DNA from: an uncultured Thermotogae bacterium
Lineage (GTDB): Bacteria > Bipolaricaulota > Bipolaricaulia > RBG-16-55-9 > DRXL01
DNA length: 64,000 nucleotides
Direction: 5' to 3'
Assembly: GCA_964473325.1 (NCBI GenBank)
Contig: CAYYOG010000004.1
Span: 48,258 to 112,257 of the forward strand
Under the pieces are notes generated by a model, which worked only from the letters and a program-made list of their open reading frames with translations, had not been told where the DNA came from and did not search any database. This document shows positions 7,844 to 17,894 of this stretch, piece after piece (the first letter of the stretch is position 1; every line of letters starts with the position of its first letter). The position numbers and the translations under genes were made by a program.

Positions 7844-10474
7844 TTACCTCCGTCGTTGTTCGTTCTTCCACCACAGGGTGTCGGCGAACGCTAGTACGCC
7901 CCAGTTGGGTTTAAAATTCTCGTTATTGCCCAAATCGGCCTTGCTTGCATAGAGAAACTGCTGATTGACCAGGTAGATATAGGGAAGGTTCTCCGAGACG
8001 AGCCGCTGAAACTCTTTATAGATACGCTTCACTTCGTCGTCATCAAAGGTCGTGGCTCCCAGATCGAAGAGCTCGTCCACGCGCTTCTCCCACGCCGGGG
8101 GGCTCTCTTTCGAAGAGTAGCGCCAGAAGTGTAAGCGCCCGTTGGTCTTCCAGACATTGGAGCCGTTGTTGGGTTCTGGGCCGCCGGTCAGCCCTAGTAC
8201 TATCGCTTCGAAAGTGCTCGTCGTCAGTTGATTCACTAAAGCGTTGAAGTCCATCGGGCGAGCGTTAGCTTTCACGCCAATCTTGGCAAAGTCATTGACC
8301 AAGAGCGAGACGATCTTCTCCCGGATCTGGTTGCCCGAATTGGTCGCCAAAGTAAACTCTAATTCGCGGTCCTTCTCTGGGCCAAGGCTGGCCAAGTCCG
8401 TAGGGCGGTCTTCGGGGTTTGCGAAGTTCTTTAAGAACCCATCAGTGATGTTGCGCACGCCGTCGCCATCTGTATCTTTGAGGCCGATCTCGTCGAGCAG
8501 TTGGGCTGCTCGCTGTAAGCTGTACTCGTACTTGGCGAACGACTCGCTCTTGTCATAGTAGGGTGAGGGGATACTGACGGGACTCCATTGAGGAATCGCT
8601 AGCCCGTTATAGATATTTTCGATGATCGACTCTTTGTCGATAGCATGAGCCATAGCGCGACGGAACTGCACATGGCGGAAGACAGCTTGTAAGGCTCTAT
8701 AGAACGGCTTGGTGGGGTCGACCTTCTCTACATCTTGGTTGAATGCCAGATACGTCTCACCGAAGGTCGGGCCGTCGCGCAAGAGCTTCCAATGGTTGAC
8801 GCTGTTAAAGCAGATCGTGACGTCGCTCGACCTCTGAACACAGTCTTTTTCAATATCTTTGACGCCTTCCATTAACAGCGGCCAGTCCTGAGGCCGCGGC
8901 CCAAAGACATCAGTCTCGCCAGACTTAAACTTTAAGAACGCTGTGTTGAGATCGGGCACGACAAGAAAGACAAACTGATCGAAGTACGGCAACTGCACCC
9001 CGTTGGGATCGATCTTCCAATAGTACGGGTTGCGCTCCAAGATGACTTGCTGGTCGACGTCGTAGCGTACGAAGCGATACGGCCCTAACCCCACAAACTC
9101 GCTGGCAGGCGTGCCCAGGCTCCACGTATTATTAAAGAGCTCAGGCGAGACGCCCGCCCACTTGCCTGCCTCGGCCTGTTCGAGCACTTTCTGGGCATCG
9201 TCTGTAGCGCGCTGCAAGGCTTCGATCAGCTCGGCTTGCTCCTCCCTGACAGCGGCCTGCAAGGCTTGTAATGTCTCTTTGATGCTCGTGACACGTGCGC
9301 GCACTTGGTCGAGTTGTTGAGCGTTCACGGCCTCGCCCAGCGCCCCAAGCTTCTTATCAAGATCTGAAAGCTTCTCTGCAGAGACGCCTTGCAGATCTTT
9401 TCTGTTGTCTTCGATGACTTTCTTCAAGCCCTCAAAGTACCCCCGTGCGCCGGGGTTAAGCTTGGCGACTTTGTCGGCCAACTTGAACTTGGGCAAGATA
9501 GCAAACGTCAACGACCAGAAGATGGGTCGGAAGGGTTTCGGCATAATGACTTTGACGGTCTCGTCGTCAATTTTGACGAACTCTAATGGCTTGCCCTCAA
9601 CGTAGAGCAAATCGCGCCCGGCAGAGTTCACTTCAGGGTTGAGATGCAGATCGTTGTACGTGAAGAGCACGTCGTCGGCGCTGAAGCAGCACGTGCCGTC
9701 GGACCAGCGCACGTCACGGCGCAGGTGCAGCGTGAGCTCTTTTTTATTCTCAGAGAGCTCCCAAGCGACGGCGAGGCCCGGCGTGGGCGTGTAGTCCTCC
9801 CAGCGCGTCTCGATCAGCCCGGCGTGCATCAGACCTGTTATGTCTGTAGAGCTCGTCTCTTGGGCGACGACGGGATTGAGCGTCTTTGGCCCGCTGATGG
9901 TGCTGATAACAATCTTCCCTCCGGGGACACCGGGCTCTCTTAGTCCCTCAGGAGCGCTGACGACCTTGGCATCAGCGGGGATGACGCCGCCTCGCAAGGG
10001 CTGCGGCTCAATCACAGTGATCTCTATTTTTTGTCCAGCCAGCTCGACGGTCTTCGGGCCAAACGTGGCAAAGCCACGGATCTGGAAGTGTACGTGCTTT
10101 GTCTCTCCGGGCAAAAGCTTCGCCGTCTGGGTCCCAAGGCGCTCCCCATCGAGCGTGAGTGCGATCTCTTCCGTGGCTTCACTTGTCCCTGGATTGTGCA
10201 AATAGACATTGAATGCCACGGTCCCGTCTCTAACAACGAGGCGGTTGCTGGGGAAGACTTCTATTCGTGTGACGGAGAGCGCACCGATCTGCCCTAGAGT
10301 TTCTTTTGGCTCTTCAGCTCTCTCTTGAGGAGGCTGTGCTGGCTCCTTGGGCTCCTCTACTCTTGGTAGCAGTTGTTGCTCCGGGGGCTTCACTCCCGGC
10401 GGTACCCCTTGGCACCCGCTGAGCCAGACCCCAAGCCCGACTATCGCGGCGAATACTATCAGACTCTTGTTCAT
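7844..10474 (-). CDS. oppA: Peptide ABC substrate-binding lipoprotein (family 5) with CARDB-like Ig domain and helical insertion
   Basis: SD AAGGAG; lipobox LSGC; GPKTLNPVV, LRRDVRWSDG, VGLGPYRF and LERNPYYW motifs. Confidence 0.88.
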   Translation of the reverse strand: MNKSLIVFAAIVGLGVWLSGCQGVPPGVKPPEQQLLPRVEEPKEPAQPPQERAEEPKETLGQIGALSVTRIEVFPSNRLVVRDGTVAFNVYLHNPGTSEATEEIALTLDGERLGTQTAKLLPGETKHVHFQIRGFATFGPKTVELAGQKIEITVIEPQPLRGGVIPADAKVVSAPEGLREPGVPGGKIVISTISGPKTLNPVVAQETSSTDITGLMHAGLIETRWEDYTPTPGLAVAWELSENKKELTLHLRRDVRWSDGTCCFSADDVLFTYNDLHLNPEVNSAGRDLLYVEGKPLEFVKIDDETVKVIMPKPFRPIFWSLTFAILPKFKLADKVAKLNPGARGYFEGLKKVIEDNRKDLQGVSAEKLSDLDKKLGALGEAVNAQQLDQVRARVTSIKETLQALQAAVREEQAELIEALQRATDDAQKVLEQAEAGKWAGVSPELFNNTWSLGTPASEFVGLGPYRFVRYDVDQQVILERNPYYWKIDPNGVQLPYFDQFVFLVVPDLNTAFLKFKSGETDVFGPRPQDWPLLMEGVKDIEKDCVQRSSDVTICFNSVNHWKLLRDGPTFGETYLAFNQDVEKVDPTKPFYRALQAVFRHVQFRRAMAHAIDKESIIENIYNGLAIPQWSPVSIPSPYYDKSESFAKYEYSLQRAAQLLDEIGLKDTDGDGVRNITDGFLKNFANPEDRPTDLASLGPEKDRELEFTLATNSGNQIREKIVSLLVNDFAKIGVKANARPMDFNALVNQLTTSTFEAIVLGLTGGPEPNNGSNVWKTNGRLHFWRYSSKESPPAWEKRVDELFDLGATTFDDDEVKRIYKEFQRLVSENLPYIYLVNQQFLYASKADLGNNENFKPNWGVLAFADTLWWKNEQRRR

Positions 10475-10510
10475 AATCTCGTCTCCTTTGGTTCCCATTA
10501 TAGCTGACGG

Positions 10511-10705
10511 TCAGCGGCTACGTCCATACTGGGCTACCCCAATCAGCCCCATTACTAAGCCGACCAACGATGCCCCGTATGAGAAGAAGCTCAAAGCGAA
10601 GCTAGGCTGTATAACCCTTATGACCATTAAGAAGGGCAGGATGGCCCCAGCGAGGAGAAGCACGGTAGCGAGAATGAGAAGCCGCACGGGAGCTGAGACT
10701 CTCAT
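10511..10705 (-). CDS. Small two-TM membrane protein in the opp operon
   Basis: ATG overlaps the oppF stop (TGATG); 64 aa, almost entirely hydrophobic (MRVSAPVRLLILATV...). Confidence 0.65.
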   Translation of the reverse strand: MRVSAPVRLLILATVLLLAGAILPFLMVIRVIQPSFALSFFSYGASLVGLVMGLIGVAQYGRSR

Positions 10706-11667
10706 CAACGATAGAGCCAGCATTCTACCAGGTGCCCCGCAGAGGGCTCGAACTCTGGGGGTATCTCTTTATCGCACAGTCCGGCCATGAATGCTGGGCA
10801 GCGCGGGTGGAACCGGCAGCCCGATGGGGGATTCACCAAACTCGGAGGCTCCCCCGGCGGAACTTTCTTGAATGTTTGGGCGTTCGCGGGGTCAGGATCG
10901 GGAATAGCTGCTAAGAGCGCTTGGGTATACGGATGTTTCGGGTCTTTGAGGAGTTTCTGCACCGGGGCTTTCTCGATGAGCTTGCCCGCGTACATCACAA
11001 AGATCCGTTCGGCAAAGTAGCGCACCGTCGAGAGATCGTGTGTAATATAGATTACAGTCAGATCGTGCGAGCGCTGCAAGCCGCGCAACAGCTCCAAGAT
11101 CTCGACCCTCACCGACGCATCGAGCATCGAGACCGGCTCATCAGCGACTATAAATTTGGGCTTTAAGATCATAGCCCGCGCGATAACTAAGCGTTGCTGC
11201 TGCCCCCCAGAGAGCTGATGTGGGAATTTATAGAGAAAATCTTCGACAGGGGTGAGCTTCACTTCTTCTAAAACTTCTCGGATGCGTTGCTCTCTGTCAC
11301 CACGAAAGTTATTGATCACTAACGGCTCTGTTAAGATGCGATGGACGTCCATAAATGGGGGCAGGGCCCCATAGGGGTCTTGCTGGATGTACCCGATCTG
11401 GGCACGATACCATCGCAGATCTCCATCGAGAGGGCGGCCCTCAAAGAGCACCTGGCCCTGAGTAGGGCGATAGAGCCCTAGGATAGTCCGAGCGAGCGTC
11501 GATTTCCCGCAACCGCTCTCGCCCACAACAGCGATCGCTTCGCCGTGGCGCAACTCAAAGCTGACGCCGTCCACGGCGCGGACAAAACCCGCCCGCCCAA
11601 ATGCCCCACGACGCAACTCAAAGTGCGTATGCAGATCCTTCACGGATAAGAGCATCTTGTCTTGCAT
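10705..11667 (-). CDS. oppF: Oligopeptide ABC ATPase OppF/DppF
   Basis: Walker A GESGCGKS, LSGGQQQR, ADEP, C-terminal CRFHPRC Fe-S motif. Confidence 0.92.
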   Translation of the reverse strand: MQDKMLLSVKDLHTHFELRRGAFGRAGFVRAVDGVSFELRHGEAIAVVGESGCGKSTLARTILGLYRPTQGQVLFEGRPLDGDLRWYRAQIGYIQQDPYGALPPFMDVHRILTEPLVINNFRGDREQRIREVLEEVKLTPVEDFLYKFPHQLSGGQQQRLVIARAMILKPKFIVADEPVSMLDASVRVEILELLRGLQRSHDLTVIYITHDLSTVRYFAERIFVMYAGKLIEKAPVQKLLKDPKHPYTQALLAAIPDPDPANAQTFKKVPPGEPPSLVNPPSGCRFHPRCPAFMAGLCDKEIPPEFEPSAGHLVECWLYR

Positions 11668-11675
11668 AGTCTCTT

Positions 11676-12680
11676 TTATCTATATAACCAACATTTGACC
11701 AGCCGTCCACCTTGGACTTCGATCATGGGTGGCTCCTGCTCGCACTGCAGGAACTTTGAAGGGCATCGTGCGGCGAAGCGACACCCCGTGGGAGGGTTAA
11801 TAAGACTGGGCGGCCGCCCTGCGATGAAATCGAGCGGACGGTCTTCGCGCAGGCGGGGCACGCTCGCCATCAGCTTCTGCGAGTAGGGGTGTAAGGGGTT
11901 AGGGTAAAAATCTTCAGCCCTCCCCCATTCGACAAATTGTCCCGCATACATAATAGCCACGTGATCGGCGAGTTCACTCGACGTAGCGATATCATGGGTG
12001 ATGAGAATATAGCTCTTCTGAAGGTCTTTTTTTATGTTCTTGAGCACGTTCATGATATTCGCTTGGGTGAGGACGTCCAGAGCCGACGTGGGCTCATCGA
12101 GAATAATCAAATCGGGATTGGTCACCAGTGCCATAGCGATCACGACGCGCTGGCGCATCCCGCCGCTCAGCTCAAACGCATATCGCTGCAAAAAATCCAC
12201 GGGAACGCCAACGAGCTGGACGGCCTCGCGCGCTCGCGCCCACGCGCTCCTCTTGTCCATATTATTATGAATAATCAACGGCTCGGCGATTTGATCTCCG
12301 ACTTTCAGAACGGGATTGAGCGAGTTCATCGCCGCCTGAGAGACCATAGAGATCTTCGTCCAGCGCACTTCTTTGCGAAAGCGCTCCTCGCTCCAGAGCA
12401 TGACGTCAACGCCGTCGATCTCCACCCGCCCACTGTAAGTGTGGACGTTGCGTGGTAAGAGTCTCAAGATGGCTCGCGCGAGCGAGGTCTTCCCGCAGCC
12501 AGATTCCCCTAAGATCGCTAGGGCTTGATTACTCTCCAGCACAAAACTGATACTGTCAACAGCTTGTACGACTCCTTGCGTCGTGCGAAAGTATAATTTT
12601 AATTCTTCAACGCGAAGCAAGGGGCTGGCCAACCCCAGCCTGGTTCCTACGCGATTTTGTATCTCTGTCTTCTCTCTCAT
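11676..12680 (-). CDS. oppD: Oligopeptide ABC ATPase OppD/DppD
   Basis: GESGCGKT, LSGGMRQR, LDEPT, CRFAARC; likely start MREKTE overlapping the upstream stop (ATGA). Confidence 0.92.
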   Translation of the reverse strand: MREKTEIQNRVGTRLGLASPLLRVEELKLYFRTTQGVVQAVDSISFVLESNQALAILGESGCGKTSLARAILRLLPRNVHTYSGRVEIDGVDVMLWSEERFRKEVRWTKISMVSQAAMNSLNPVLKVGDQIAEPLIIHNNMDKRSAWARAREAVQLVGVPVDFLQRYAFELSGGMRQRVVIAMALVTNPDLIILDEPTSALDVLTQANIMNVLKNIKKDLQKSYILITHDIATSSELADHVAIMYAGQFVEWGRAEDFYPNPLHPYSQKLMASVPRLREDRPLDFIAGRPPSLINPPTGCRFAARCPSKFLQCEQEPPMIEVQGGRLVKCWLYR

Positions 12681-14035
12681 AGCTCTCTCAATCTCGGATT
12701 GAAGATGCGGTCCAACGCAAACCCTAACAACGAGAAGCCCAACGCCGTGAACATCAGCAGCACCGAGGGGCTGAGCACCCAGTAATAATAGCCCTTGTAG
12801 AGTGCGCCATTGTTCTGGGCATCGTTGAGGACCTTTCCCCACGTCGGCAGAACCGGGTCACCCAATCCGAGCAGTCCCAGCGACGCTTCTAAGAAGACTA
12901 GCCCAGGAATGAGCGTGACAAACCCCGGCACTAAGATGGGGATGATCCGCGGGGCCATATAGCGCACGATAATTCGCAAGTTGCTCGCCCCATAGGCTCG
13001 CGCGGCTTCTATATAGGGCGACTCTTTGATCTGCAAGAAGATCGCGCGATAGACTTTGATCGCCGCAGTGAAGATCGACAAGAGCGTAATGGCGATCATC
13101 ATCACCCAGATGCTGCGCGAATAGAACGTCCCGATGATGATCAAGATGGGCAAGTACGGCAAGATGATATTCACTTCTGTGATTCTCTGGATAAGCGCAT
13201 CGACCCAACGTCCGTACCACGCCCCAATGGCAGCGATAATCAGGGTCGTTAGGCTAGTGCCTACGGCAACGATAAATCCGAATGCCAAGGCAACCGGAGC
13301 GCCCCATAACAAGGCAACCATGAGATCACGGCGCTTGTGATCAGTGCCGGCGAGCCCGTGTACCTTGCCGTAGACGACAAGCTTAGCGTCCATATCTGAG
13401 TTCTCTTCAAAGAGCGTTCCCGTGATCTGGAGCTCGTAGCGCCCCTTGAGCGGGGCTTGGCCGGATGGGGTGAGGAAGAGCCCGATTTCCGGAGGGCGAT
13501 TCCCCAAGCGTCGCTCTAAGCGCGTATCTTGGGAGATGCTGTAGCGTTCGCTCGCAGTGAGCTTGCGCTCGCCCAGGGAGATCTCCCGGCCGTCAGGGGT
13601 GCGCCAGCGCAGCACCGCGTAGGGCAAGAGTTCAGCATAATTGGCTGTTAAGAAGAGCGTAATCTCGCTGGGGAAGTCGTCATAAGTGTAGTTGAACGCC
13701 AATGAGATTGTGACAGTCTTATCCGAGCGAGTCTTACTGACTTGGCCCTGCACCCTTCTCGCTTGCCAGGGAGAGGTGCTGAGAGGAAGGGTGCTGACGA
13801 CGATTGTCTCTGGGAGTTTTTTCGCCGAGAAGAGATTGAGCCACGCGGGCCGAGCGTAGCGTGGGCTCTCCTGCCAGACCTCTTCGCCGCCGCGCCACAG
13901 CTGAATCGCTTCGTCATACGGGAGGATGATCACCGCGGCGATAGCTAAGAAAATCAGCGCTATGATGATGGCTAACCCGACGAGGGCTGAGGGGTATCGG
14001 CGGATCTGCTGGAGTCCAGTACGGAGGGCGTTCAC
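12677..14035 (-). CDS. oppC: Oligopeptide ABC permease OppC (system 2) with large extracytoplasmic loop
   Basis: LAGTDHKRRDL, YIEAARAYGAS, LDRIFNPRLR. Confidence 0.88.
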   Translation of the reverse strand: MNALRTGLQQIRRYPSALVGLAIIIALIFLAIAAVIILPYDEAIQLWRGGEEVWQESPRYARPAWLNLFSAKKLPETIVVSTLPLSTSPWQARRVQGQVSKTRSDKTVTISLAFNYTYDDFPSEITLFLTANYAELLPYAVLRWRTPDGREISLGERKLTASERYSISQDTRLERRLGNRPPEIGLFLTPSGQAPLKGRYELQITGTLFEENSDMDAKLVVYGKVHGLAGTDHKRRDLMVALLWGAPVALAFGFIVAVGTSLTTLIIAAIGAWYGRWVDALIQRITEVNIILPYLPILIIIGTFYSRSIWVMMIAITLLSIFTAAIKVYRAIFLQIKESPYIEAARAYGASNLRIIVRYMAPRIIPILVPGFVTLIPGLVFLEASLGLLGLGDPVLPTWGKVLNDAQNNGALYKGYYYWVLSPSVLLMFTALGFSLLGFALDRIFNPRLREL

Positions 14036-15114
14036 ACGGTACCACCCTCCGCGCCGACCTTCACTCGCGGGTCCACGAGAGCGTAGATAATATCGAGCAA
14101 GAAGACTGTCAATGCCAAGAGATACGCATAGATCACGGTCGAAGCGATGATGACCGGAGTATCATAAAGTCCGATTGCTTGGAAGGTGAGTCGTCCGATC
14201 CCTGGCCAGTTGAAGACCGTCTCTAAGATAATAGCACCGCCCCATAGCCCGATGAGCAGGAACGCGAACTGTGTAATAATGGTGGGCAAGGTTGGGCGCA
14301 GAATATAGCGGCGTTCGATTATGCCTGAGGGCAATCCCTTGGCACGGGCCATTTCGACGTAATCCTCGCTGGCAAAGATCAAGAAGAACGTGCGCCGCGA
14401 GTAGATTGCAAGAAAGATCGAGCTGAGCCACAAGGCCAGCATGGGCAAGATCATGTGTTTGAGGACGCTCAGCGCGTACTGCAGGATGTCTTTAGGTGGC
14501 GGGGCGTCGACCATGCCTCCAAAAGGCAAGATCTTCAAAAGCGACGCGAAGATCAAGATGAGAAAGATCCCGTAGAACCACGCGGGCGCGGCCGACGTCG
14601 GCGTCAACGCGATCACTAATTTGTCTAAGAAGCTCCCGTAGCGGCGCGACAGCCACAGCCCGGCAAAGAGCGAGAAGAAGAAAAACAAGAGATTCGCCGT
14701 GCCAAAGAGCAGCAGCGTCGCTGGGAGTCTCTCGAGGAGAATCAAGCGCACTTGGCGTGAGCCGGAGTCGCTGGAGAGCTGCTCGGCACGTCCTAGATTG
14801 AGTGAGAGCGCGTCCCACAGATAGGTAAAGCTCCGCACCATGAAGGGCTTATCGAGCCCTAAGCGCTTGTATTCGAGCTCCTTGCGCTGATCTATGATAC
14901 GGCGCAGTTCACTAGGGGGGAGCCCCTGCAAGGAGCGATCCCCCAGCACTGCAGCCCCGATGGCCTCGTCGATCTGGGCCTTACGGATCACGTCGACGTA
15001 GCCGCCCATATTGGCGATCAGAATAGCTAAGTAGACTCCAATCACTACTGTGACCGCCAAGGCGACGACACGATAGACCGTGTATATGAATACTCGTCGC
15101 AGTGTTTCGAACAT
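14032..15114 (-). CDS. oppB: Oligopeptide ABC permease OppB (system 2)
   Basis: LERLPATLLL, YVEMARAKGL, YALVDPRVK. Confidence 0.88.
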   Translation of the reverse strand: MFETLRRVFIYTVYRVVALAVTVVIGVYLAILIANMGGYVDVIRKAQIDEAIGAAVLGDRSLQGLPPSELRRIIDQRKELEYKRLGLDKPFMVRSFTYLWDALSLNLGRAEQLSSDSGSRQVRLILLERLPATLLLFGTANLLFFFFSLFAGLWLSRRYGSFLDKLVIALTPTSAAPAWFYGIFLILIFASLLKILPFGGMVDAPPPKDILQYALSVLKHMILPMLALWLSSIFLAIYSRRTFFLIFASEDYVEMARAKGLPSGIIERRYILRPTLPTIITQFAFLLIGLWGGAIILETVFNWPGIGRLTFQAIGLYDTPVIIASTVIYAYLLALTVFLLDIIYALVDPRVKVGAEGGTV

Positions 15115-15131
15115 ATACGTATTCTCGGGAT

Positions 15132-15182
15132 CTCTCCCCCGGCCCCTCCTCTCTAAAACGGGAAGGGGACTCGGGGGTTAGG
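15132..15182. repeat. Palindromic repeat family A, copy 2 (intergenic, oppA2-oppB2)
   Basis: CTCTCCCCCGGCCCCTC...GGGAAGGGGACTCGGGGGTTAGG; left arm nearly identical to the copy at 7787. Confidence 0.7.
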
Positions 15183-15188
15183 TCTTCA

Positions 15189-17831
15189 TCACTGCACCGT
15201 GACGAACGTGGTCTCCTCCGTCGAGGGGATGCTCACAAGCTTCGAGACGACGATCACCTGGAGGCGGTTGCCTCCGGCGGCCAGTTGGGCCGTCTGCTCT
15301 GGGCTGAGCGCGACGCGCCACAACCCGTCATGGACCACCTCAGCTTCGCCAACGAGCGTGAGCTGGCCCGTCGCATCGAAGACCAAGAACTTCACAAAGT
15401 CTATATCTTTCACAGCATAGGGCTCGCCCTTGAACGTCACTTGGACGTCAAACGTCGCGGTGTCGCCGATCTTGACTTCTATCGGTCCAGAGATATCGAC
15501 ATCAGCAATGCGGGGCTCGCTGAAGCGCAGCCATTTCTCTGGGCCATCGGGGAAGTCCGCAAATCTCTTGATGACGATATTCTTCTCGACGGGGTGGACC
15601 GAATCAAGGAAGAATGGCCCGTTGCCAATCCAGAAGTGCTTGTGTGCGTTGTACCATTCGCCGAGAAGTCTATAGCGCTCTTTCGCTTCTTGGGGGGTGA
15701 TGAACTCTTTCAGGGTGTTTTCGTAAGGGATAAAGCCTTGCTCGAATGCTTGAGCGCGGTATTTCTCTAAGATCGCCAATGCTGGACCGGCGATGTAGCT
15801 GGCCCGCTCGACTTTGAGCTTATCGGACTTCGCTGCGGAGAACGCCAGCTCTTTGTTCTGTTCGGCTAAGATCCCGACAGCTAAGGATTGCAGGGGGACA
15901 GTCGTGAAGAGATAGCCTGATCGTGACGAGGCGATCCACTCGGCATCAGGGTAGAAGAGATCGCTATAGACCTCGACGATGAGTGGGTCTTTTTGCACGA
16001 TCTTCAGCCCGCGGAAGTGACGCATGAACGACTCAAACGCCGGTACGGCAGCTTCGTCGTAGATGGGGCTTTCGGGCTTGGCTCGCTCAAACGTCAAGAT
16101 AAACCCGATCACGCAGTCGGCCAAGGAGATCTGTGAGCCGTCGTGCCACTTCATCCGGAAGAGGTTCTCTGGATAGTAGATAACGGCCTTGGTCTTGGCT
16201 GTGACTCCTTCAGGGTACTTTTCGCGTACCGTGATAAATCGTTGATTGACGGGGTCCCAGTCAGCCCACGCCTCTTCGGGAACTTTGATCTTGGGGAGGA
16301 ACTCTAACTTCAGCCACTCAAGGGTCCGTGTGACAGGGATGCCCTCTTGGACATAGACGTCTACGAACTTGACGCGCTGCGGCCAGTACAGCCCGGTGAA
16401 GGGGTCAGGCAGAGTATCTGCATCTACAGTAGCACGGATGATCATCGTGTCGAAGATCCAGTTTGTACCCGCGACAGGGTTCCACGGCTCGGTCATCAAG
16501 CTGGGCACACCCCAGACGAGTCTTTCTACTTGTTGGCGCCCTTCTACACGCAGTGTGAATGGCCACAGCGCTGAGCCGGACATCCCCCCGGCCAAGTCCG
16601 ACGCTAATCTCACTTCAGCGCGGCGTGCCCAGACGTCAATCGTATCGGCCAACCAGACCCGCACCGAATCTTTCATCGCCAGGCGCAGGGCTTTCTCCAT
16701 CAGTGCTTGGCGCTCTTCGATGGTCTGGTAATCACGGCGTCCAAGGCGATTGGAGACCTCATCAAATTCTGGCTCAGGGGTGTATGCCTGCCAGAGCGGG
16801 TCAGGGCGCCCTCGGGAGGTGTAATAGAAATCGAAGTTGCCCGCCAGATCGCGATTCACAACGGTCGAGACCCAGCCTGCTGTGTAGAGGTGCCATCTGC
16901 CGTCAGCGGGATCGCTGCCGATCCAGATGGGCGAGGCCTCAGCGGCTGTCTTGTACTGACGATCAACTGTAAAGCCTAAATCTTCTAAGAGATTCGCGAT
17001 GTAGTCGCCCACCTCGCGGCGCTTATCTTCAGTACGGATGATGAAGATCAGCTTGACCGGCTGGTTATTATAGTGCCATTTGTTGTTTCGGAGCTCTGCG
17101 CCGAGCTTCTGCATCTCTTCGGTGATGACGGCGCGGGCCTTGTCAGGGTTTGGAGCATAGTACGCTTCGAGCGCTTTGGCAACGTGAGCAAGGCGGGCAT
17201 AGTCAGGGAAGACCGTGTTGATGGGCAAGTATCTGGGCACAGCCAGGCCGCCATAGATCTCTTGGGCGATGATGTTTCTATCGACGAGCCAGTTGAGTGC
17301 CTCACGGATTGCCGGCACGGAGAAGGGATTGAGCACCCCGTTCTTGAACGTCGGCCCCACGGGGTTGAGCGTGAGCTCCACAGACCCACCATAGGACGTC
17401 TCGTACCCCAAGACCGGTGAAACCCTCACTTTGCGGGCCAATTCTGGGTCGCGGATCCCAAATGCGTAGAGATCTATCTTGCCCGCGATGAGCATATCGA
17501 GCGCTTTCGCTTGATCGGGCTCCTGCACGAAGACGACTCCATTGATAAGCCCCACAGGAGGCTGGACTTGCGGCTGTTCTGGGGGCAACGTCGGCTGCTC
17601 TCCCGGCGTGACGGCTGCTGTGGGAGGAGCTGGCGGAGGTGTGGGTTCAGTCGCAGGTGGCGGTGTTGTTGGAGGTTGCGTCTCTGTCGGCGGTGGTGTC
17701 GTCGGTTGCTGCGTGACTTCTGGAGGTCGTGTCGGCTGTGGCCGTTGCCACGGCTGGGCAATCAGCAGAATCGCTATCCCGATGACAACTAAGACCCCGA
17801 TAGTTAACCAGATCCGGCCCTTCTCAGTCAT
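15189..17831 (-). CDS. oppA: Peptide ABC substrate-binding protein (system 2) with Pro/Thr-rich linker and C-terminal Ig-like domain
   Basis: N-terminal TM, PTTPPP repeats, ELTLNP, AIREALNWLVDR, KWHDGSQI, IGNGPFFLDS. Confidence 0.85.
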   Translation of the reverse strand: MTEKGRIWLTIGVLVVIGIAILLIAQPWQRPQPTRPPEVTQQPTTPPPTETQPPTTPPPATEPTPPPAPPTAAVTPGEQPTLPPEQPQVQPPVGLINGVVFVQEPDQAKALDMLIAGKIDLYAFGIRDPELARKVRVSPVLGYETSYGGSVELTLNPVGPTFKNGVLNPFSVPAIREALNWLVDRNIIAQEIYGGLAVPRYLPINTVFPDYARLAHVAKALEAYYAPNPDKARAVITEEMQKLGAELRNNKWHYNNQPVKLIFIIRTEDKRREVGDYIANLLEDLGFTVDRQYKTAAEASPIWIGSDPADGRWHLYTAGWVSTVVNRDLAGNFDFYYTSRGRPDPLWQAYTPEPEFDEVSNRLGRRDYQTIEERQALMEKALRLAMKDSVRVWLADTIDVWARRAEVRLASDLAGGMSGSALWPFTLRVEGRQQVERLVWGVPSLMTEPWNPVAGTNWIFDTMIIRATVDADTLPDPFTGLYWPQRVKFVDVYVQEGIPVTRTLEWLKLEFLPKIKVPEEAWADWDPVNQRFITVREKYPEGVTAKTKAVIYYPENLFRMKWHDGSQISLADCVIGFILTFERAKPESPIYDEAAVPAFESFMRHFRGLKIVQKDPLIVEVYSDLFYPDAEWIASSRSGYLFTTVPLQSLAVGILAEQNKELAFSAAKSDKLKVERASYIAGPALAILEKYRAQAFEQGFIPYENTLKEFITPQEAKERYRLLGEWYNAHKHFWIGNGPFFLDSVHPVEKNIVIKRFADFPDGPEKWLRFSEPRIADVDISGPIEVKIGDTATFDVQVTFKGEPYAVKDIDFVKFLVFDATGQLTLVGEAEVVHDGLWRVALSPEQTAQLAAGGNRLQVIVVSKLVSIPSTEETTFVTVQ

Positions 17832-17894
17832 ATATCTTCCTCCCTTGCTCTGTCATGAGCTCCCCTTTAGCCTACCATATAGAGCATTAAGAAT

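Noticed and set aside
15102-15770. ORF beginning with SPGPSSLKREGDSG
   Set aside because: Translation of the family A palindrome plus antisense of oppA2; no independent coding evidence
17560-17760. Low-complexity GGT/GGC-rich stretch
   Set aside because: Encodes the Pro/Thr linker of OppA2 on the minus strand
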